Shown here in pieces: positions 53,443 through 64,000 of a stretch of DNA of 64,000 nucleotides (position 1 is its first letter; the number at the start of each line of letters is the position of its first letter). The DNA comes from Eledone cirrhosa (lineage: Eukaryota). Position numbers and translations under genes: made by a program. The DNA lies in contig OZ024761.1 of NCBI GenBank assembly GCA_964016885.1, positions 15,562,001 to 15,626,000 of the forward strand, given 5' to 3'. Under the pieces are notes generated by a model. That model worked only from the letters and a program-made list of their open reading frames with translations. It was not told the DNA's origin and searched no databases.

Positions 53443-56393
53443 GAGCTAACCTAGGGCGTTAAATATCCAGGTACATATTGTAGAGCTAGCTTAGGGTGGT
53501 AAATACCCAGACATACATTATACAGTTTGCCTAGGGTGGTAAATACCCAGAAACAAGTTGTTGAGCTAGTTTAGGGTGTTAAATACCCAGAAACAAGTTG
53601 TAGAGCTAGCTTAGGGTGTTAAATACCCAGAAACAAGTTGTAGAGCTAGCTTAGGGTGTTAAATACCCAGAAACAAGTTGTAGAGCTAGCTTAGGGTGTT
53701 AAATACCCAGAAACAAGTTGTAGAGTTAGCTTAGGGTGGTAAATACCCAGAAACAAGTTGTAGAGCTAGCTTAGGGTGTTAAATACCCAGAAACAAGTTG
53801 TAGAGTTAGCTTAGGGTGGTAAATACCCAGAAACAAGTTGTAGAGCTAGCTTAGGGTGTTAAATACCCAGAAACAAGTTGTAGAGTTAGCTTAGGGTGGT
53901 AAATACCCAGAAACAAGTTGTAGAGCTAGCTTAGGGTGGTAAATACCCAGAAACAAGTTGTAGAGTTACCTTAGGGTGTTAAATACCCAGAAACAAGTTG
54001 TAGGGTTAGCTTAGGGTGGTAAATACCCAGAAACAAGTTGTAGAGCTAGCTTAAGGTGGTAAATACCCAGAAACAAGTTGTAGAGCTAGCTTAGGGTGTT
54101 AAATACCCAGAAACAAGTTGTAGAGCTAGCTTAGGGTGTTAAATACCCAGAAACAAGTTGTAGAGCTAGCTTAGGGTGTTAAATACCCAGAAACAAGTTG
54201 TAGAGCTAGCTTAGGGTGTTAAATACCCAGAAACAAGTTGTAGAGTTAGCTTAGGGTGGTAAATACCCAGAAACAAGTTGTAGAGCTAGCTTAGGGTGTT
54301 AAATACCCAGAAACAAGTTGTAGAGTTAGCTTAGGGTGGTAAATACCCAGAAACAAGTTGTAGAGCTAGCTTAGGGTGTTAAATACCCAGAAACAAGTTG
54401 TAGAGTTAGCTTAGGGTGTTAAATACCCAGAAACAAGTTGTAGAGCTAGCTTAGGGTGTTAAATACCCAGAAACAAGTTGTAGAGTTAGCTTAGGGTGGT
54501 AAATACCCAGAAACAAGTTGTAGAGCTAGCTTAGGGTGTTAAATACCCAGAAACAAGTTGTAGAGTTAGCTTAGGGTGTTAAATACCCAGAAACAAGTTG
54601 TAGAGCTAGCTTAGGGTGTTAAATACCCAGAAACAAGTTGTAGCGTTAGCTTAGGGTGGTAAATACCCAGAAACAAGTTGTAGAGCTAGCTTAGGGTGGT
54701 AAATACCCAGAAACAAGTTGTAGAGTTACCTTAGGGTGTTAAATACCCAGAAACAAGTTGTAGAGTTATCTTAGGGTGGTAAATACCCAGAAACAAGTTG
54801 TAGAGCTAGCTTAGGGTGGTAAATACCCAGAAACAAGTTGTAGAGCTAGCTTAGGGTGGTAAATACCCAGAAACAAGTTGTAGAGTTACCTTAGGGTGTT
54901 AAATACCCAGAAACAAGTTGTAGAGTTAGCTTAGGGTGGTAAATACCCAGAAACAAGTTGTAGAGCTAGCTTAGGGTGGTAAATACCCAGAAACAAGTTG
55001 TAGAGCTAGCTTAGGGTGTTAAATACCCAGAAACAAGTTGTAGAGCTAGCTTAGGGTGTTAAATACCCAGAAACAAGTTGTAGAGCTAGCTTAGGGTGTT
55101 AAATACCCAGAAACAAGTTGTAGAGCTAGCTTAGGGTGTTAAATACCCAGAAACAAGTTGTAGAGTTAGCTTAGGGTGGTAAATACCCAGAAACAAGTTG
55201 TAGAGCTAGCTTAGGGTGTTAAATACCCAGAAACAAGTTGTAGAGTTAGCTTAGGGTGGTAAATACCCAGAAACAAGTTGTAGAGCTAGCTTAGGGTGTT
55301 AAATACCCAGAAACAAGTTGTAGAGTTAGCTTAGGGTGTTAAATACCCAGAAACAAGTTGTAGAGCTAGCTTAGGGTGTTAAATACCCAGAAACAAGTTG
55401 TAGAGCTAGCTTAGGGTGTTAAATACCCAGAAACAAGTTGTAGCGTTAGCTTAGGGTGGTAAATACCCAGAAACAAGTTGTAGAGCTAGCTTAGGGTGTT
55501 AAATACCCAGAAACAAGTTGTAGAGTTAGCTGAGGGTGTTAAATACCCAGAAACAAGTTGTAGAGCTAGCTTAGGGTGTTAAATACCCAGAAACAAGTTG
55601 TAGAGTTAGCTTAGGGTGGTAAATACCCAGAAACAAGTTGTAGAGCTAGCTTAGGGTGGTAAATACCCAGAAACAAGTTGTAGAGTTACCTTAGGGTGTT
55701 AAATACCCAGAAACAAGTTGTAGAGTTATCTTAGGGTGGTAAATACCCAGAAACAAGTTGTAGAGCTAGCTTAGGGTGGTAAATACCCAGAAACAAGTTG
55801 TAGAGCTAGCTTAGGGTGTTAAATACCCAGAAACAAGTTGTAGAGCTAGCTTAGGGTGTTAAATACCCAGAAACAAGTTGTAGAGCTAGCTTATGGTGTT
55901 AAATACCCAGAAACAAGTTGTAGAGCTAGCTTAGGGTGTTAAATACCCAGAAACAAGTTGTAGAGTTAGCTTAGGGTGGTAAATACCCAGAAACAAGTTG
56001 TAGAGCTAGCTTAGGGTGTTAAATACCCAGAAACAAGTTGTAGAGTTAGCTTAGGGTGGTAAATACCCAGAAACAAGTTGTAGAGCTAGCTTAGGGTGTT
56101 AAATACCCAGAAACAAGTTGTAGAGTTATCTTAGGGTGGTAAATACCCAGAAACAAGTTGTAGACCTAGCTTAGGGTGGTAAATACCCAGAAACAAGTTG
56201 TAGAGCTAGCTTAGGGTGGTAAATACCCAGAAACAAGTTGTAGAGCTAGCTTAGGGTGGTAAATACCCAGAAACAAGTTGTAGAGCTAGCTTAGGGTGTT
56301 AAATACCCAGAAACAAGTTGTAGAGCTAGCTTAAGGTGTTAAATACCCAGACATACATTATACAGTTTGCCTAGGGTGCTAAATACCCAGACA
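53441..56393. repeat. 40-bp satellite, about 74 copies
   Basis: Unit tagag(c/t)tagcttagggtg(t/g)taaatacccagaaacaagttg. Confidence 0.95.
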
Positions 56394-56959
56394 CCCTCTC
56401 TGGATGTATACTCGGATGTGGATATAATGTATTGCATGTGTCAAACAGACAGGACTGAAATAATCTAAACAGGCGAAGTGTTATTTGCTGATAACAACAA
56501 TACATATATATATTCATTCATACATACATACATACACACATACATACATATATACATACATACACACACACATACATACATACGCTGCCAGCAACAATGC
56601 ACACACACATATATATATATATATACACTGCCAACAACAACCACAGCATTATCGACAGCAACATTACACACACACACACACACACACACACGGTGACACT
56701 GACAACAACAGCAACAGCAACTACTGTTATTATTACTACTACTACAACAACCACACTGAATTATCATCTACAAACACACACACACAACAACAACAACAAC
56801 AGCAGCAACATATTCACAGATGGCGACACTAGCGACAATGATAACTGTGGTGGAGATGGCGTAAAATCAGTTGTGTTGATACATTTGTGGGGGGGGGGGC
56901 TTTATTTCTCGAAAACCAGAGTTGGAAACAGATGTGTGGACATTTAGGAGGAGGGGGGA

Positions 56960-57240
56960 GGAGAAGAAGAAGAAGAAGAAGAAGAAGAAGAAGAAGAAGA
57001 AGAAGAAGAAGAAGAAGAAGAAGAAACAGAAGAAGAAGAAGAAGAAGAAGAAGAAGAAGAAGAAGAAGAAGAAGAAGAAGAAGAAGAAGACGAAGAAGAA
57101 GAAGAAGAAGAAGAAGAAGAAGAAGAAAAAGAAGAAGAAAAAGAAGAAGAAAAAGAAGAAGAAAAAGAAGAAGAAAAGGAAGAAGAAGAAGAAGAAGAAG
57201 AAGAAGAAGAAGAAGAAGAAGAAGAAGAAGAAGAAGAAGA
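56960..57240. repeat. (GAA)n microsatellite
   Basis: Direct reading. Confidence 0.95.
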
Positions 57241-58266
57241 CAGGCAGAGAGGTGATGGAAGGGGTGTCAGATGAGGTGCGGAATGAGGAGAGACCAACAA
57301 CCTCCTGTTGTAATATATAATGTCGCAAATTGAAATTGTCAAACATTTAATGTCTTCTAGTTAACCCCACCACCACACGTCAGACACACCATCAACACTG
57401 ACTGGTGGTGGTGGTGATGGTGGTAGTGGTGGTAGTGTTGGTGGTGGTAGTGATGGTGGTAGTAGTGGTGGCAGTGATAGAGATGGTGGTGGTAGTAGTG
57501 GTGGTAGTGATGGTGGTAGTAGTGGTGGCAGTGATAGAGATGGTGGTGGTAGTAGTGATAGAGATAATGTTAGTGGTGATGGTGGTGGTGATGGTAGTAG
57601 TGTTGGTGGTGGTAGTGATGGTGGTAGTAGTGGTGGCAGTGATAGAGATGGTGGTGGTAGTAGTGATAGAGATAATGTTAGTGGTGATGGTGGTGGTGAT
57701 GGTAGTAGTGTTGGTGGTGGTAGTGATGGTGGTAGTAGTGGTGGCAGTGATAGAGATGGTGGTGGTAGTAGTGATAGAGATAATGTTAGTGGTGATGGTG
57801 GTGGTGATGGTAGTAGTGTTGGTGGTGGTAGTGATGGTGGTAGTAGTGGTGGCAGTGATAGAGATGGTGGTGGTAGTAGTGATAGAGATAATGTTAGTGG
57901 TGATGGTGGTGGTGGTGGTAGTGATAGAAATAATATTGGTGGGGTGGTGGTGATAGAGATTATATCAGTGTTGTTGATGGTGGTGATAGTAGTAGAAATG
58001 TTAGTGTTGCTGTTGGTGGTGGTGCTAGTAGTAATGGTAGTGTTGGTGCTGATGGTAATAATGTTAATCTTGGTGGTAATGTTAGTAGTGTTGGTGGTGT
58101 TGGTGATAGAGATGTTAGTGATCTTGGTGGTGGTGGTGGTGGTAATGTTAGTGTTGTTGTTGATGGTAGTGGTGGCGTGGGTGGTGGTAGAGATAATGTT
58201 AGTGATTTTGTCGGTGATGGTGGTGGTAATGTTAGTGTTGTTGTTGATATGTTATTTACTATTTAA

Positions 58267-58495
58267 AGGGTGGGGGGTTGGCAATAATCGGTAGAGCGTC
58301 GGACAATATGATTTGTGGCATATAGTTACGTCCCTTTACGTTCTAAGTTTTTATCCGGCTAAGATTAGCTTTGCCTTTCATCCTTACTGAGTCGATAAAA
58401 TAAAGTACCAGTAACGCACTGGGGTCAATTTAATCCAATTTCCCCTTCTCCTCCCCCGAAATTGTTGACTTTGTGCCTAAATCAGAAACCATTAT
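58267..58495 (+). mobile_element. tRNA-derived SINE (second family)
   Basis: Similar to 20087-20250. Confidence 0.7.
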
Positions 58496-58634
58496 TTACT
58501 ATTTCAGGCATTGAAATAAAAAATGGCATAGTTCTAAATTGTCAAAACGTCACATGCTCATCACAAGTTCTCAGATACGTATTGAATTCCGTGTAAACAA
58601 CTCCCCCGGAATGCTAGATTTCAGCCTAAATCAG

Positions 58635-61600
58635 AAACTTTAGCAGTAGTACTTCCACACTTGTACTTCCACTCCGTCTAACCTCTATATTAGCAGTAGT
58701 ATTTCCACAATTTCTAACTTCCAATTTATCAGTCGTACTTCCACATCGTCTAACTTCCACTTTATCAGGAGTACTTCCACATCGTGTAACTTCCACCCTC
58801 TCAGCCGTACTTCCACATCGTTTAACTTCCACTTTATCAGTCGACTTTCACACCTTCTAACTTCCATATTAACAGTTTACATTCCCAGTCTAACTTCCAC
58901 ATTAGCAGTAGTATTTCCACAATTTCTAACTTCCACTTTACCAGTCGTAATTCCACATCGTCTAACTTCCACTTTATCAGTCGACATTCACACTATCTAA
59001 CTTCCATATTAACAGTTGTACATTCACAGTCTATCATCGTTTTATCAGTCGTACTTTCATAGAGGCTAACTCCCACATTAGCAGTACTACTTCCACTTTA
59101 TCAGTCGTACTTCCAGACCATCTAACTTCCATATTAGCAGTTGTACATTCAGTTTAACTTCCACATTAGTAGTAGTAATTCTACACAGTCAAACAACAAC
59201 TTTATCAGTCGTACTTCCACACCATCTAACTTCCATATTAACAGTTGTACATTCAGTCTAACATCGTCTTTATCAGTTGTACTTTCATACCGTCTAACTT
59301 TCATATTAGCAGTAGTATTTCCACAATTTCTAACTTCCACTTTATCAGTCATACTTTCACACCATATAACTTCCATATTAAAAGTTGTACATTCACAGTT
59401 TAAATTCCACATTAGTAGTAGTATTTCTACACAGTCTCCCTTCCACTTTATCAGCCGTACTTCCACATTGTCTAACTTCCACTCTTTCAGCCGTACTTCC
59501 ACATCGTCTAACTTCCCCTTTATCAGTCGACTTTCACAACATCTAACTTCCATATTAACAGTTGTACATTCACAGCCTAACTTCCACATTAGCAGTAGTA
59601 TTTCCACAATTTCTAACTTCCACTTTATCAGTCCTACTTCCACATCGTCTAACTTCCACTCTATCAGTCGTACTTTCACACCATCTAACTTCCACTTTAT
59701 CAATCGTACTGCCACACCATCTAAATTCCATATTAGCAGTGGTACATTCACAGTCTAACATCGTCTTTATCAGTCGTACTGTCATACCGGCTAACTCCCA
59801 GATTAGCAGTACTACTTCCACTTTATCAGTCGTACTTCTACACCATCTAACTTCCATATTAGCAGTTGTACATTCACAGTCTAAAATCGTCTTTATCAGT
59901 TGTACTTTCATACCGTCTAACTTCCACATTAGCAGTAGTATTTCCACAATTTCTAACTTCCACTTCATCAGTCGTACTTCCACATCGTCTAACTGCCACT
60001 TTATCAGTCGTAATTTAACACGATCTAACGTCCATATTATAAGTTGTATATTCACACGCTAACTTCCACATTAGTAGTAGTACTTCTACACAGTCTAACT
60101 TCCACTTTATCAGCCATACTTCCACATCGTCTAACTTCCACTCTTTCGGTCGTAATTCAACATCGTCTAACTTCCACTTTATCAGTCGTATTTCACGCCA
60201 TCTAACTTCCATATTAACAGTTGTACATTCACAGACTAACTTCTATATTAGCAGTAGTATATCCACAATTTCTAACTTCCAGTTTATCAGTCGTACTTCC
60301 ACATCGTCTAACTTCCACTCACTCAGCCGTACTTCCACACCTTCTAACTTCCATATTAACAGTTGTACATTCACAGTCTAACTTCCAGTTTATCAGACGT
60401 ACTTCCACATCGTCTAACTTCCACTTTATCTGTCGTACTTTCACACCATCTAACTTCCACTTTATCAGTCGTACTAAACATCTTCTAATTTCCTTATTAA
60501 CAGTGGTACATTCACAGTCTAACATCGTCTTTATCAGTCGTACTTTCATACCGGCTAACTCCCACATTAGCAGTACTACTTCCACTTTATCAGTCGTATT
60601 CCACACCATCTAACTTCCATATTAGCAGTTGTACATTCACAGTTTAAATTCCACATTAGTAGTACTTCTACACAGTCTAACCTCCACATTAGCAGCAATA
60701 TTTCCACAATTTCTAACTTCCACTTTATCAGTCGTGCTTCCACATCGTCTAACTTCCACTTTATCAGTCGTACTTTCACACCATCTAACTTCCACTTTAT
60801 CAGTCGTAGTACCACACCTTCTAAATTCCATATTAGAAGTGGTACATTTACAGACTAACATCGTCTTTATCAGTCGTACTTTCATACCGGCTAACTTCCA
60901 CATTAGCAGTAGTATTTCCACAATTTCTAACTTCCACTTTATCAGGCGTACTTCCACATCGTCTAACTTCCATATTAGCAGTTGTACATTCACAGTCTAA
61001 CTTCCACATTAGTAGTAGTACTACACAGTCAGACTTCCACTTTATCAGCCATACTTCCACATCGTCTAACTTCCACTTTATCAGTCGTACTTTCACACCA
61101 TCTAACTTCAACGTTAACAATCGTACTACCACACCATCTAAATTCAATATTAGCAGTGGTACATTCACAGTCTAACATCGTCTTTATCAGTCGTACTGTC
61201 ATACCGGCTAACTCCCAGATTAGCAGTACTACTTCCACTTTATCAGTCGTACTTCCTCACCATCTAACTTCCATATTAGCAGTTGTACATTCAGAGTCTA
61301 AAATCGTCTTTATCAGTTGTACTTTCATACCGGCTAACTTCCACATTAGCAGTAGTATTTCCACAATTTCTAACTTCCACTTCATCAGTCGGAATTCCAC
61401 ATCGTCTAACTTCCACTTTATCAGTCGTACTTTCACACCATCTAACTTCCATATTATAAGTTGTATATTCACACTCTAACTTCCACATTAGTAGTAGTAA
61501 TTCTACACAGTCTAACTTCCACTTTATCAGCCATACTTCCACATCGTCTAACTTCCACTCTTTCAACCGTACTTCAACATCGTCTAACTTCCACATTATC

Positions 61601-64000
61601 AGTCGTATTTCACTCCATCTAACTTCCATATTAACAGTTGTACATTCACAGACCAACTTCCACATTAGCAGTAGTATTTCCACAATTTATAACTTCCAGT
61701 TTATCAGTCGTACTTCTACATCTACGTTCCACTTTATCTGTCGTACTTTCACACCATCTAACTTCCACTTTATCAGTCGTACTACCACACCTTCTAAATT
61801 CCATATTAGCAGTAGTACATTCGCAGTCTAACATCGTCTTTATCAGTCGTACTTTCATACCGGCTAACTTCCACATTAGCAGTAGTATTTCCACAATTTC
61901 TAACTTCCACTTTATCGGTCGTACTTCCACATCGTCTATCTTCCATATTAGCAGTTGTACATTCACAGTCTAACTTCCACATTAGTAGTAGTACTTCTAC
62001 ACCGTCTAACTTTCACTTTATCAGCCATACTTCCACATCGTCTAACTTCCACTCACTCAGCCGTACTACCACATCGTCTAACTTCCCCTTTATCAGTCGA
62101 ATTTACCACCATCTAACTTCCATATTAGCAGTTGTACACTCACAGACTAACTTCCACATTAGCAACAATATTTCCACAATTTCTAACTTTCACTTTATCA
62201 GTCGTACTTTCACACCATCTAACTTCCACTTTATCAATCGTACTACCACACCATCTAAATTCCATATTAGCAGTGCTACATTCACAATCTAACATCGTCT
62301 TTATCAGTCGTACTGTCATACCGGCTAACTCCCAGATTAGCAGTACTACTTCCACTTTATCAGTCGTAATTCTACACCATCTAACTTCCATATTAGTAGT
62401 TGTACATTCACGGTCTAAAATCGTCTTTATCAGTTGTACTTTCATACCGTCTAACTTCCACATTAACAGTAGTATTTCCACAATATCTAACTTCCACTTC
62501 ATCAGTCGTACTTCCACATCGTCTAACGTCCACTTTATCAGTCGTACTTTCACACGATCTAACGTCCATATTATAAGTTGTATATTCACACTAACTTCCA
62601 CATTAGTAGTAGTACTTCTACACATTCTAACTTCCACTTTATTAGCCGTACTTTCACACCATCTAACTTCCACTTTATCAGTCGTACTTCCACCTCGTCT
62701 AACTTCCACTCTTTCAGCCGTACTTCAACATCGTCTAACTTCCACTTTATCAGTCGTACTACCACACCTTCTAAATTCCATATTAGCAGTGGTACATTCA
62801 CAGTCTAACATCGTCTTTATCAGTCGTACTTTCATACCGGCTAACTCCCACATTAGCAATACTACTTCCACTTTATCAGTCGTATTTCCACACCAATTAA
62901 CTTCCATATTAGCAGTTGTACATTCACAGTCTAAAATCGTCTTTATCAGTTGTATTTTCATACCGTCTAACTTCCACATTAGCAGTAGTATTTCCTCAAT
63001 TTCTAACTTCCACTTCATCAATCGTACTTCCACATCGTCTAACTTCCACTTTATCAGTCGTCCTTTCACACCATCTAACTTCCACTTTATCAGTCGTATT
63101 GCCACACCTTCTAAATTCCATATTAGCAGCGGTACATTTACAGACTAACATCGTCTTTATCAGTTGTACTTTCATACCGTCTAACTTCCACGTTAGCAGT
63201 AGTATTTCCACAATTTCTAACTTCCACTTAATCAGTCGTACTTGCACATCATCTAACTTCCACTTTATCAGTCGTACTTTCACACCATCTAACTTCCATA
63301 TTATAAGTTGTATATTCACACTCTAACTTCCACATTAGTAGTAGTACTTCTACACAGTCTAACTTCCACTTTATCATCCGTACTTCCACATCGTCTAACT
63401 TCCACTTTATCAGTCGTATTTCACACCATCTAACTTCCATATTAACAGTTGTACATTCACAGACTAACTTCCACATTAGCAGTAGTATTTCCACAATGTC
63501 TAACGTCCACTTTATCAGTCGTACTTCCACTTCGTCTAACTTCCACTTCATCAGTCCTACTTTCACACCATCTAACTTCTACTTCATCAGTCGTACTACC
63601 ACACAATCTAAATTCCATATTAGAAGTGGTACATTCACAGTCTAACATCGTCTTTATCAGTCGTACTTTCATACCGGCAAACTCCCACATTAGCAGTACT
63701 ACTTCCACTTTATCAGCCGTACTTCCACATCGTCTGACTTCCATATTATCAGTTGTACATTCACAGTTTAACTTCCACATTAGTAGTAAGACTTCTACAC
63801 AGTCAAACAACAACTTTATCAGTCTGACTTCCACACCATCTAACTTCCATATTAGCAGTTGTACATTCACAGTCTAACATCGTCTTTATCAGTTGTATTT
63901 TCATACCGTCTAACTTTCACATTAGCAGTAGTATTTCCACAATTTCTAACTTCCACTTCATCAGTCGTACTTCCACAGCCTAACTTACACATTAGTAATA
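58635..64000. repeat. Complex 34-36-bp satellite with higher-order blocks (runs off the window)
   Basis: Monomer variants tctaacttccactttatcagtcgtacttccacatcg, tctaacttccatattagcagttgtacattcacag, tctaacttccacattagcagtagtatttccacaatt. Confidence 0.9.

Noticed and set aside
53441-56393. CRISPR-like regular repeat
   Set aside because: No unique spacers, eukaryotic context, no cas genes; it is a plain satellite.
58626-63877. Repeat-protein ORFs (KWKLDDVEVRLI...) resembling LRR or surface proteins
   Set aside because: Open on both strands and broken by frequent frame-shifting monomers; satellite DNA.

Overview
Eukaryotic, very AT- and microsatellite-rich DNA with no supportable host protein-coding gene. 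The tRNA-derived SINEs and repeat landscape resemble an octopus/cephalopod genome (inference). Almost all ORFs in the track are translated microsatellites. The real content is retroelement-derived: a decayed Penelope-like element (RT + C-terminal GIY-YIG, 40766-44120), 3' fragments of Tx1/L1, RTE and CRE-like LINEs, many SINEs, one hAT MITE with an 8-bp TSD, and two satellites (40 bp; 34-36 bp with higher-order structure). The main signal is RNA-level. More than 20 type I hammerhead ribozyme (HHR) motifs of about ten different sequence families were read by eye, nearly all embedded in (TA)n tracts and often arranged as head-to-head fold-backs. The most striking case is a 3.2-kb array of near-identical 310-bp highly structured units, each carrying an intact HHR (10 intact copies, 6.5 units one way and 3.7 inverted). 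This is the architecture of a non-LTR retrozyme (putative circular-RNA retroelement), plausibly mobilised by Penelope-like RT. All pairings were done manually and no folding or database search was run.
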